A stretch of 64,000 bases of DNA from Chiloscyllium plagiosum (lineage: Eukaryota), in the NCBI RefSeq assembly GCF_004010195.1, contig NC_057718.1:18251689-18315688 (forward strand), in the 5' to 3' direction. This document shows positions 1-12,789 of this stretch, piece by piece; the stretch's first letter is position 1; each line of letters begins with the position of its first letter. Made by a program: the position numbers and the translations under genes. A model generated the notes under the pieces. It ran no database searches. It had not been told where the DNA came from and worked only from the letters and a program-made list of their open reading frames with translations.

Positions 1-1124
1 AGGGACTTAGATATGATGCAGAGTTGGGCTGAGGAGTGGCAGATGGAGTTCAACCCTGTCAAGTGTGAGGTTGTCCATTTTGGAAGGACAAATAAGAATG
101 CGGAATACAGGGTTAACAGTAGGGTTCTTAGTGAGGAGGGCTGTTGTCGGCTGCAAAGGGACTTGGACATGATGCAGAGCTGGGCTGAGTTGTGGCAGAT
201 GGAGTTCAACCCTGCCAAGTGTGAGGTTGTCCATTTTGGAAGAATAAATAAGAATGCGGAATACAGGGTTAACAGTAGGGTTCTTAGTGAGGAGGGCTGT
301 TGTCGGCTGCAAAGGGACTTGGACATGATGCAGAGCTGGGCTGAGTTGTGGCAGATGGAGTTCAACCCTGCCAAGTGTGGGGTTGTCCATTTTGGAAAGA
401 CAAATAAGAATGCGGAATACAGGGTTAACGGTAGGGTTCTTAGTGAGGTGGAGGAGCAGAGGGATCTTGGGGTCTATGTTCATAGGTCTTTGAAAGTTGC
501 CACTCAGATGGATCGAGCTTGTAGGAAGACCTATGGTGTATTAGCGTTCATTAGCAGAGGGATTGAATTCAAGAGTCGTGAGGTGATGTTGCAGCTGTAC
601 AGGATCTTGGTAAGGGCACATTTGGAGTACTGTGTGCAGTTCTGGTCGCCTCACTTTAGGAAAGATGTGAAAGCTTTGGAGAGGGTGCAGAGAAGATTTA
701 CCAGGATGTTGCCTGGAATGGAGAATAGGTCGTACGAGGATAGGTTGAGAGTGCTAGGCCTTTGCTCATTGGAACGGCGAAGGATGAGGGGTGACTTGAT
801 AGAGGTTTATAAGATGATCAGGGGAAGATAGAGTAGACATTCAGAGACTTTTTCCCTGGGTACAACAGAGTGTTACAAGGGGAGATAAATTTAAGGTGAA
901 GGATGGAAGGTATAGGGGAGATGTCAGGGGTGGGTTCTTTACCCAGAGAGTGGTGGGGGCATGGAATGTGCTGCCTGTGGGAGTGGCAGAGTCAGAATCA
1001 TTGGTGACCTTTAAGCGGCAATTGGATAGGTACATGGATAGGTGCTTAAGCTAGGACAAATGTTCGGCACAACATCGTGGGCCGAAGGGCCTGTTCTGTG
1101 CTGTATTGTTCTATGTTCTATGTT
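1..1124 (+). mobile_element. CR1-clade LINE 3' part (RT C-terminus and 3' UTR) with internal 156-bp triplication
   Basis: ORF 13-831 reads WAEEWQMEFNPVKCEVVHFG...RDLGV...LYRILVRAHLEYCVQFWSP...RGDLIEVYK, typical of the CR1 ORF2 C-terminus; ends in a (TTCTATG)n-like tail at ~1108-1124. Confidence 0.95.
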
Positions 1125-1860
1125 TCCGTAATTGCTATGATATCCCAGTCCCATGTTCCTAACCATGCCCTGAGTTCATCTGCCTTCCTTGTTCGGCCCC
1201 TTACATTGAAATAAATGCAGTTTAATTTATTAGTCCTACCTTGTCCCTGCCTGCCCTGACTGTTTGACTCACTTCTGTTCTCAGCTGTACCCATCTCAGA
1301 TCGATCTCTTTCCTCACTATCTCCCTGGGTCCTACCCCTCACCTTACTAGTTTAAATCCTCCCGAGCAGTTCTAGCAAATCTCCCTGCCAGTTTCTTAGT
1401 CCCCTTCCAATTTAGGTGCAATCCGTCCTTCTTGTACAGGTCACTTCTACCCCAAGAGCGATTCCAATGATCCAAAAATGTGAATCCTTCTCCCATACAC
1501 CAGCTCCTCAGCCATGCATTCATCTGCTCTATCCTCCTATTCCTGCCCTCACTCACGTAGCACTGGGAATAATCCAGATATTACTACCCTTGAGAACCTG
1601 CTTTTTAAATTTCTGCCTAACTCTCTGTAATCTCCCTTCAGAATCTCAACCTTTTCCCTTCCTATGTCATTGGTTCCAACGTGCTGGCCCCTCTCCCCGT
1701 GAGAAAATTCTGCACCCTCTGAGACATCCTTGATTCTGGCACCAGGGAAACAACACAACATTCTGCTTTTTCTCTGCTGGACGTAAAAACGTCTGTCTGT
1801 ACCTCTGGCTACAGAATCCCCTAACACAATTGATCACTTGGAAGCCGACGTACCCCTCGT
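1125..1860 (-). mobile_element. CR1 fragment: ORF1 SGNH esterase through the start of the ORF2 AP endonuclease
   Basis: Minus-strand LGDSVARGT..CCFPGARIKDV, HVGTNDIG and DGLHLN (SGNH blocks), then CIYFNVRG..DIIAITET; closely similar to 58905-59985 in this window. Confidence 0.93.
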
Positions 1861-3171
1861 AATTAGTATGAGTGATTGGCATTTCTGACCTTATATGTTA
1901 AACCTTTCGGTCTGATTTTGATTCAGTATGTGACAGTAATTAGATAAAAGGGAGAATACGTTTATTGTCAAAAATAACCTCCCAGCATCACCACACAAGG
2001 AATTCAGAGGTAATAGTAGGGCACATTCATCCATTCTGCATAGCATTGCCTGCCAGTCAGCTAATCAGTATGTACTGGAAGCATCTCCCAGTTCCTCTCC
2101 AGAACTGCCAGATAATCATACTGCAAGCAGATGTAATTGGTTTTCCATATTTAAAGTAAGCAGCAGTCTATATTTTGGATTTTATTTTTATCGTCCTCTC
2201 TGTCCATGATAAAATAATAAAAAAATTATAAAAGCACAGCACGTGCATCAAAAATCCAAAAACGGGGTGGGAGCTGAAGAAAAATTCTTTTTTGCAATGA
2301 GTCGTTATGATCTATAAAGGAATTAGGTGGACACCACAAAAGGAAATGCTTGCAGAGAAGTGCTAATTTGCAGGACGAATTGGATGACTCTTTCAGAGAT
2401 TCTGTGCAGTGTCCTGGTCCTAATGGTCTCTCTAAACAACACCCATCACCATCCTACCTCAGCACCATCTGCTTTGTTGTTCAATAAAAGGACAGCAATA
2501 GCAGTGATCTGGTACGATTTATATTGGATGGGTTGCATGAAGTGACTTGCACCCATTTATCCTGAGCCAGGAGCCCAGATAATTTTGGCAAAAAAATGGC
2601 ATTTTGCAATGAATCCGAGTCAGAATCCCAAAGTACTGTGGGCGTTTTTAACTCGTAATTCCAAAACATGTTTTCTTCAACGAGGACAGATGCAGCTGTG
2701 GATGTAAACTAAGTGCCTGTCGGGAGGAAGGGACCCACAGAATGTCACACTTATATGCATGAAGGCAACTTCAGACAAGAGCCTTTCAAATGGAAGAAAA
2801 GACAAGTCAAAAAAGGTGGGACGGTGATCTCTTGTGATTACAAAGATAATGAAGGGCTGATGACCGCACCCCCGCCCACACCAGTAAGCCAGCCCCTGAA
2901 GATTGTGTCCCAAACTGCATGATTTTTTGTGGACTACTTTTTGAAGACTACACAAGGACATAGTTTAAAAAACCAGTTTCAACGCTACTGGAGCGTACTA
3001 GTGAGACTCCATATTCTCGTGTGTAGCAGCATGGATTTTCTTTTTAATCCATTCACATAGTGAGCATGTTGCTGGCGAGGTTCAAGCATGTTAATGCTAG
3101 GAAGTTTGCAGTTGGAAAAGAAACATTTACTTAACCCTGCGTTGCAGATAAAGATGTTGTCGCTCTCCAAA

Positions 3172-6100
3172 TTCTCCAGTCTGCTTCACAGCAACGCGGA
3201 CCCACTGCACATACCTCCCAGTCTGCTTCACAGCGACACTGACCCACTGCACACACCTCCCAGTCTGCTTCTCCAAAATGCTGACCCACTGCACGCTCCT
3301 CCCAGTCTGCTTCACAGCGACACTGACCCACTGCACACACCTCCCAATCTGCTTCACAGCAACACTGACCCACTGCACACACCTCCCAGTCTTCTTCACA
3401 GCAACACTGACCCACTGCACACACCTCCCAGTCTTCTTCACAGCAACACTGACCCACTGCACACACCTCCCAGTCTGCTACACAGCGATGCTGAGCCACA
3501 ACACACTCCTCCCAGTCTGCTTCACAGCGACGCTGACCCACTGCACACACCTGCTAATCTGCTTCACAGCAACGCTGAGCCACTACAAACTCCTCCCAGT
3601 CTGCTTCACAGAGACGCTGACCCACTGCACACACCTACCAATCTGCTTCACAGCAACGCTGATCCACTGCACACACCTCCCAGTCTGCTTGATAGCGATG
3701 CTGATCCACTGCACATACCTCCCAGCCTGCTTCACAGCAACGCTGACCCACTGCACACACCTCTCAGTCTGCTTCTCCATGATGCTGACCCACTGCACAC
3801 TCCTCCCAGTCTGCTTCACCGTGACACTGACCCACTGCACACTCCTCCCAGTCTGCTTCACAGTAACACTGACCCACTGCACACACCACTCAGTCTGCTT
3901 CTCCATGATGCTGACCCACTGCACACTCCTCCCAGTCTGCTTCTCCATGATGCTGACCACTGCACACTCCTCCCAGTCTGCTTCATCATGATGCTGATGC
4001 ACTGCACACTCCTCCCAGTCTGCTTCATCATGATGCTGATCCACTGCACACTCCTCCCCGTCTGCTTCACAGCAACGCTGACCACTGCACACTCCTCCCT
4101 GTCTGCTTCTCCATGATGCTGACCCAGTGCACACTCCTCCCAGTCTGCTTCTCCATGATGCTGACCCACTGCACACTGGTCCCAGTCAGCTTCACAGCAA
4201 CACTGACCCACTGCACACTCCNNNNNNNNNNNNNNNNNNNNNNNNNNNNNNNNNNNNNNNNNNNNNNNNNNNNNNNNNNNNNNNNNNNNNNNNNNNNNNN
4301 NNNNNNNNNNNNNNNNNNNNNNNNNNNNNNNNNNNNNNNNNNNNNNNNNNNNNNNNNNNNNNNNNNNNNNNNNNNNNNNNNNNNNNNNNNNNNNNNNNNN
4401 NNNNNNNNNNNNNNNNNNNNNNNNNNNNNNNNNNNNNNNNNNNNNNNNNNNNNNNNNNNNNNNNNNNNNNNNNNNNNNNNNNNNNNNNNNNNNNNNNNNN
4501 NNNNNNNNNNNNNNNNNNNNNNNNNNNNNNNNNNNNNNNNNNNNNNNNNNNNNNNNNNNNNNNNNNNNNNNNNNNNNNNNNNNNNNNNNNNNNNNNNNNN
4601 NNNNNNNNNNNNNNNNNNNNNNNNNNNNNNNNNNNNNNNNNNNNNNNNNNNNNNNNNNNNNNNNNNNNNNNNNNNNNNNNNNNNNNNNNNNNNNNNNNNN
4701 NNNNNNNNNNNNNNNNNNNNNTTTACCGCGACACTGACCAACTGCACACTCCTCCCAGTCTGCTTTACCGCGACACTGACTGCACTGCACACTCCTCCCA
4801 GTCTGCTTCACAGTGACACTGACCAACTACACACTATTCCCAGTTTGCTTCACCGCGACACTGATCCACTGCACACTCCTCCCAGTCTGCTTCACAGCGA
4901 CACTGACCCACTGCACACTCCTCCCAGTCTGCTTCATCATGATGCGGACCCACTGCACACTCCTCCCAGTCTGCTTCACCGCAAAACTGACCCACTGCTC
5001 AGTCCTCCCAGTCTGCTTCTCCATGAAGCTGACCCACTGCAATTCCTCCCAGTCTGCATCACAGCAACACTGACCCACTGCACACACCTCCCAGTCTGCT
5101 TCATCATGACGCTGATCCACTGCACACTCCTCCCAGTCTGCTTCACAGCAACACTGACCCGCTGCACACACCTCCCAGTCTGCTTCTCAGCAACACTGAC
5201 CCACTGCACGCTCCTCCCAGTCTGCTTCACAGCGACACTGACCCACTGCACACACCTCCCAGTCAGCTTCTACATGATGCTGACCCACTGCACACTCCTC
5301 CCAGTCTGCTTCACAGCGACTCTGACCCACTGCACACTCCCCCCAATCTGCTTCACAGCAACACTGACCCACTGCACACATCTACCAATCTGCTTCGCCG
5401 TGATGCTGACCCATTGCACACTCCTCCCAGTCTGCTTCTCAGCAACACTGACCCACTGCACACTCCTCCCAGTCTTCTTCACAGCAACACTGACCCGCTG
5501 CACACACCTCCCAGTCTGCTTCTCAGCAACACTGACCCACTGCACACTCCTCCCAGTCTTCTTCACAGCAACACTGACCCACTGCACACACCTCCCAGTC
5601 TGCTTCATCAAGATGCTGACCCACTGCACACTCCTCCTCATCGGCTTCATCATGATGCTGATCCACTGCACACTCATCCCAGGCTGCTTTACTGCGACGC
5701 TGACCCACTGCACACTCGTCCCAGTCTGCTTCACAGCGACGCTGACCCACTGCACAGTCCTCCCAGTCTGCTTTTCCATGATGCTGACCCACTGCACACT
5801 CCTCCCAGTCTTACGCACAGTGACGCTGACCACTGCACAATATTCCCAGTCTGCTTCACAGCAACGCTGACCCACTGCACACTCCTCCCTGTCTGCTTCA
5901 CAGTGACGCTGACCCACTGCACCCTCCTCCCTGTCTGCTTCTCCATGATGCTGACCCACTGCACACTCCTCCCAGTCTTACTCACAGGGATGCTGACCAC
6001 TGCACAATATTCCCAGTCTGCTTCACAGTGACACTGACCCACTGCACACCCCTCCCAGTCTGCTTCACAGCGACACTGACCCACTGCACACCCCTCCCAG

Positions 6101-9100
6101 TCTGCTTCTCCATGATGCTGACCCACTGCACACTCCTCCCAGTCTGCTTCACAGCAACACGGAAACATTGCGCAGTCCTCCCAGTCTGCTTCTCCATGAC
6201 GCTGACCCACTGCAATTCCTCCCAGTCTGCTTCACCGCGACACTGACCCACTGCACACTCCTCCCACTCTTCTTCACAGTGACACTGACCCACTGCACAA
6301 ACATCCCAGTCTGCTTCTCCATGATGATGCTGATGCACTGCACACTCCTCCCAGTCTGCTTCATCATGATGCTGATCCACTGTACACTCCTCCCTGTCTG
6401 CTTCACAGCAACGCTGACCCACTGCACACTCCTCCCTGTCTGCTTCTCCATGATGCTGACCCACTGCACACTCCTCCCAGTCTGCTTCTCCATGATGCTG
6501 ACCCACTGCACACTGGTCCCAGTCTGCTTCACAGCAACACTGAGCCACTGCACACCCCTCCCAGTCTGCTTCATCATGATGCTGATCCACTGCACACTCC
6601 TCCCAGTCTGCTTCACAGCGACGCTGACCCACTGCACACATCTCCCGGTCTGCTTCGCCATGATGCTGACCCACTGCACACTCCTCCCATTCTGCTTCAC
6701 AGCAACACTGACCCACTGCACACTCCTCCCAGTCAGCTTCTCAGCAACACTGACCCACTGCACGCTCCTCCCAGTCTGCTTCACAGCGACACTGACCCAC
6801 TGCACACTCCTCCCAGTCTGCTTCCTCAATATGCTGACCCACTGCACACTCCTCCCAGTCTGCTTCACAGCGACGCTGACCCACTGCACACTCCCCGCAA
6901 TCTGCTTCACAGCGACTCTGACCCACTGCACACTCCTCCCAGTCTGCTTCACAGCAACACTGACCCACTGCACACACCTCCCAGTCTGCTTCTCAGCAAC
7001 ACTGACCCACTGCACGCTCCTCCCTGTCTGCTTCACAGCGACACTGACCCACTGCACACACCTCCCAGTCGGCTTCTCCATGATGCTGACCCACTGCACA
7101 CTCTTCCCAGTCTACTTCAGAGCGACACTGACCCACTGCACACTCCTCCCAGTCTGCTTCTCAGCAACACTGACCCACTGCACACTCCTCCCAGTCATCT
7201 TCACAGCGACACTGACCCACTGCACACACCTCCCATCTGCTTCTCCATGATGCTGACCCTCTGCACACTCCTCCCAGTCTGCTTCATCAAGATGCTGACC
7301 CACTGCACACTCCTCCTAGTCGGCTTCATCATGATGCTGATCCACTGCACACTCATCCCAGGCTGCTTTACTGCGACACTGACCCACTGCACACACCTCC
7401 CAGTCTGCTTCACCGCGTCACTGACCCACTGCACACTCCTCCCAGTCTTCTTGACCGCGTCACTGACCCACTGCACTCTCCTCCCAGTCTGCTTCACCGC
7501 GACACTGACCCACTGCGCACTCCTCCCAGTTTTCTTCACAGCGACACTGACCCACTGCACACTCCTCCCAGTCTGCTTCACAGCGACACTGACCCACTGC
7601 ACACAGCTCCCAGTCTGCTTCATCATGATGCTGATCCACTGCACACTCCTCCCAGTCTGCTTCATCATGATGCTGATCCGCTGCACACTCCTCCCAGTCT
7701 GCTTCATCATGATGCTGACCCACTGCACACTCCTCCCAGTCTGCTTCACAGCGACACTGACCCACTGCACACTCCTCCCAGTCTGCTTCACAGCGACACT
7801 GACCCACTGCACACAGCTCCCAGTCTGCTTCATCATGATGCTGATCCACTGTACACTCCTCCCAGTCTGCTTCATCATGATGCTGACCCACTGCACACTC
7901 CTCCCCGTCTGCTTCACAGCAACACTCACCCACTGCACACTCCTCCCAGTCTGCTTCACAGCGACGCTGACCCACTGCACACTTCCCCCAATCTGCTTCA
8001 CAGTGACACTGACCCACTGCACACTCCTCCCAGTCTGCTTCACAACAACACTGACCCACTGCACTCATCTCGCAGTCTGCTTCACCATGATGCTGACCCA
8101 CTGCACACTCCTCCCCGTCTGCTTCACAGCAAGACTGACCTGCTGCACACACCTCCCAGTCTGCTTCTCAGCAATACTGACCCACTGCACGCTCCTCCCA
8201 GACTACTTCACAGCGACACTGACCCACTGCACACACCTCCCAATCTGCTTCTACATGATGCTGACCCACTGCACATACCACCCAGCCTGCTTCACAGCAA
8301 CGCTGACCCACTGCACACACCTCTCAGTCTGCTTCTCCATGATGCTGACCCACTGCACACTCCCAATCTGCTTCATCAAGTTGCTGACCCACTGCACACT
8401 CCTCCCAGTCTGCTTCACAGCATCGCTGACCCACTGCACACTCCTCCCATTCTGCTTTACAGCAACACTGACCCACTGCACACTCCTTCCAGTCTGCTTC
8501 TCAGCGACGCTTACCCACTGCACACTCCTCCCAGTCTGCTTCACTGCAACACTGACTGCACTGACTTCACTGCACACATCTCCCAGTCTGCTTCACAGCG
8601 ACACTGACCCACTGCACACTCCTCCCAGTCTGCTTCACAGCAACACTGACCCACTGCACAGTCCTCCCAGTCTGCTTCTCCATGATGCTGACCCACTGCA
8701 CACTCCTCCCAGTCTGCTTCACCGCGACTCTGACCCACTGAAGACTCCTCCCAGTCTGCTTCATCATGATGCTGACCCACTGCACACTCCTCTCAGTCTG
8801 CTTCATCATGATGCTGATCCACTGCACACTCCTCCCAGTCTGCTTCACAGCGACGCTGACCCACTGCACACATCTCCCGGTCTGCTTCGCCATGATGCTG
8901 ACCCACTGCACACTCCTCCCATTCTGCGTCACAGCAACACTGACCCACTGCACACATCTCCCAGTCTGCTTCGCCGTGATGCTGACCCATTGCACACTCC
9001 TCCCAGTCTGCGTCACAGCAACACTGACCCACTGCACACATCTCCCAGTCTGCTTCGCCGTGATGCTGACCCATTGCACACTCCTCCCAGTCTGCGTCAC

Positions 9101-12036
9101 AGCAACACTGACCCACTGCACACATCTCCCAGTCTGCTTCGCCATGATGCTGACCCACTGCACACTCCTCCCAGTCTGCTTCACAGCAACACTGACCCGC
9201 TGCACACACCTCCCAGTCTGCTTCTCAGCAACACTGACCCACTGCACGCTCCTCCCAGTCTGCTTCACAGCGACACTGACCCACTGCACACACCTCCCAG
9301 TCAGCTTCTACATGATGCTGACCCACTGCACACTCCTCCCAGTCTGCTTCATCAAGATGCTGATCCACTGCACCTTCCTCCCAGTCTGCTTCACAGCGAC
9401 GCTGACCCACTGCACACACCCCCCAATCTGCTTTACAGCGACTCTGACCCACTGCACACTCCTCCCAGTCTGCTTCACAGCAACACTGACCCACTGCACA
9501 CATCTCCCAGTCTGCTTCATCATGATGCTGACCTATTGCACACTCATCCCAGTCTGCTTTTCTGCGACGCTGACCCACTGCACACTCCTCCCAGTCTGCT
9601 TCACAGCGACGCTGACCCACTGCACACTCCTCCCCGTCTGCTTCTCCATGATGCTGACCCACTGCACACTCCTCCCAGTCTTACGCACAGTGACACTGAC
9701 CACTGCACAATCCTGCCAGTCTGCTTCACAGCAACGCTGACACATTGCACACTCCTCCCAGTCTGCTTCACAGTGACGCTGACCCACTGCACACTCCTCC
9801 CTGTCTGCTACTCCATGATGCTGACCCACTGCACACTCCTCCCAGTCTTACTCACAGTGATGCTGACCCACTGCACAATCCTCCCAGTCTGCTTCACAGC
9901 GACGCTGACCCACTGCACACTCCTCCCAGTCTGCTTCACTGCAACACTGACTGCACTGACTTCACTGCACACACCTCCCAGTCTGCTTCACAGTGACACT
10001 GACCCACTGCACACTCCTCCCAGTCTGCTCACAGCGACACTGATCCACTGCATTCACCTCCCAGTCTGCTTCTCCATGATGCAGACCTCATGCACACTCC
10101 TCCCAGTCTGCTTCACAGCAACGCTGACCCACTGCACACTCCTCCCAGTCTGCTTCACAGCGGCACTGACCCACTGCACACACCTCCCAGTCTGCATCAC
10201 AGCGACACTGATCCACTGCATCCACCTCCCAGTCTGCTTCTCCATGATGCAGACCTACTGCACACTCCTCCCAGTCTGCTTCACAGCAATGCTGACCCAC
10301 TGCACACTCCTCCCAGTCTGCTTCACAGCGGCACTGACCCACTGCACACACCTCCCAGTCTGCTTTGCCATGATGCTGACCCACTGCACACTCCTCCCAG
10401 TCTGCTTCATCAAGATGCTGACCCACTGCACACTCCTCCCAGTCTGCTTCACAGCGGCACTGCCCCACTCACCACACCTCCAAATCTGCTTCACAGCGAC
10501 ACTGACCCACTGCACACACCTCCCAGTCTGCTTTGCCATGATGCTGACCCACTGCACACTCCTCCCAGTCTGCTTCATCAAGATGCTGACCCACTGCACA
10601 CTCCTCCCAGTCTGCTTCACAGCGTTCTCACCCACTGCACACCCCTCCCAATCTGCTTCACAGCAACGCGGACCCACTGCACACTCCTCCCAGTCTGCTT
10701 CACAGCAACGCTGACCCCACTGCACACTCCTCCCAGTCTGCATCACAGCAACACTGACGCACTGCACACACCTCCCAGTCTGCTTCTCCATGATGCTTAC
10801 CCACTGCACACCAACCCAGTCTGCTTCACAGCATCACTGACCCATTGCACACCCCTCCCAGTCTGTTTCTCCATGATGCTGACCCACTGCACACTCCTCC
10901 CAGTCTGCTTCACAGCGACGCTGACCCACTGCACACTCCTCCCAGTCTGCTTCACCGCAACACTAACCCACTGCACACTCCTCCCATTCTGCTTTACAGC
11001 AACACTGACCCACTGCACACTCCTCCCAGTCTGCTTCACAGCAACGCTGACCCACTGCACACTCCTCCCAGTCTGCTTCACTGCAACACTGACTGCACTG
11101 ACATTCACTGCACACACCTCCCAGTCTGCTTCACAGCGACACTGACCCACTGCACACTCCTCCCAGTCTGCTCACAGCAACACTGACCCACTGCATCCAC
11201 CTCCCAATCTGCTTCTCCATGATGCTGACCCACTGCACACTCCTCCCAGTCTGCTTCATCATGATGCTGACTCACTGCAATTCCTCCCAGTCTGCTTCAC
11301 CGCAACACTGACCCACTGCACACTCCTCCCAGTCTGCTTCACCGAGACACTGACCCACTGCACACTCCTCCCAGTCTTCTTCACAGCGACACTGACCCAC
11401 TGCACACACCTCCCAGTCTGCTTCATCATGATGCTGATCCACTGCACACTCAGTCTGCTTCATCATGATGCTGATCCACTGCACACTCCTCCCAGTCTGC
11501 TTCATCATGATGCTGGTCCACTGCACACTCCTCTCCGTCTGCTTCACAGCAAGCTGACCCACTGCACACTCCTCCCAGTCTGCTTCACAGCGACGCTGAC
11601 CCACTGCACACTCCTCCCATTCTGCTTCACAGCGACGCTGACCCACTGCACACTCCTCCCAGTGTGCTTTACCGCGACACTGAACAACTGCACACTCCTC
11701 CCAGTCTGCTTTACCGCGACACTGACCCACTGCACACTCCTCCCAGTCTGCTTCACAGCGACACTGACCTACTACACACTATTCCCAGTCTGCTTCACCG
11801 CGACACTGATCCACTGCACACTCCTCCCAGTCTGCTTCCCAGCGACACTGACCCACTGCACACCTCCCAGTCTGCTTCTCCATGATGCTGACCCACTGCA
11901 CACTCCTCCCAGTCTGCTTCACAGCAATGCTGACTCAGTGCACACTCTTCCCAGTCTGCTTCACAGTGATACTGACCCACTGCACACTCTTCCCAGTCTG
12001 CTTCGCAGTGATACTGAAATGCTGCAGACTCCTCCC
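3172..12036. repeat. 42-bp minisatellite, about 200 sequenced copies, consensus ACTCCTCCCAGTCTGCTTCACAGCAACACTGACCCACTGCAC
   Basis: GACCCACTGC recurs at 3241, 3283 and onward (period 42); ORF track shows 14-aa periodicity; variable slot CACAGC(A/G)ACAC versus (CTC/CAT)CATGATGC; a 500-N gap lies at 4222-4721. Confidence 0.98.
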
Positions 12037-12789
12037 CTTCTCATTATTGGCTTTTTAACCCCTTGAACCTGCTGTCCCAATCAATTAGCTTATTGTTAAA
12101 ATCTCCATCATCTTCTTCACCCACAGTTTCCTTTCAGCTGTGTGATGATCAGTTACATTGGTCGTGGGTGAAAATTCTAGCACATAAAATGAAGTTTCAA
12201 TGTTTACCAACTAGCGCAATGTAAACTAAATTACAAAGAACAGCTTTCAAAAGTAAATTATCCCAGAAATTCATGTGAGTCCAGCAGGTCAGCCAGCACC
12301 TGAAACTGAAAGATAAGGAAATGTAATCTAGGCCAGAGGATGATAACTTGTTTCTCAACCAAATATTTTATGATGTGACAAGTGTATCTGCAATTTGCTT
12401 TTATAAATTAGCCAAATGCATTCATTTTACGCATTGTTAAAAATGTTCCAAATTATAATGAACTTAGTTATAAGGTAGTGCAATTTTTTAATGGTGGTTT
12501 TGCCAGTAAAGTGATTAGAACATGTTTTAAATTATGATATATAGAGGTAAGATTATATTTTGGTTATTGATTCTCGTCGTAAGAAGAAACTTTCTGATAG
12601 GATATTCTGAATAATATATTGCCTCACTTTGTTAGAATCAGTTATGGTCACAAACATAACGACCTGTTTCTTGAACCAAGGCATAATCTACAACTGTGCT
12701 GTAGTTAAAGGGTTATTTACAGCAAAATATTTTCTTATTCAAATCATAACTCAAAGCCATTAAATACAGTATTTTTTAATTTCATTATC

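Noticed and set aside
2713..2922. 69-aa ORF in unique sequence
   Set aside because: Non-ATG start, no recognisable domain and no convincing splice signals.
7247..10714. 1155-aa ORF and other long His/Pro/Cys-rich ORFs
   Set aside because: They are by-products of a 42-bp unit lacking stops in several frames; the peptide type switches at single-base indels.
3172..12036. CRISPR-like repeat/spacer reading of constant scaffold plus variable slot
   Set aside because: The slot is only ~11 nt and is drawn from a few related variants rather than unique spacers; the context is vertebrate and has no cas genes.
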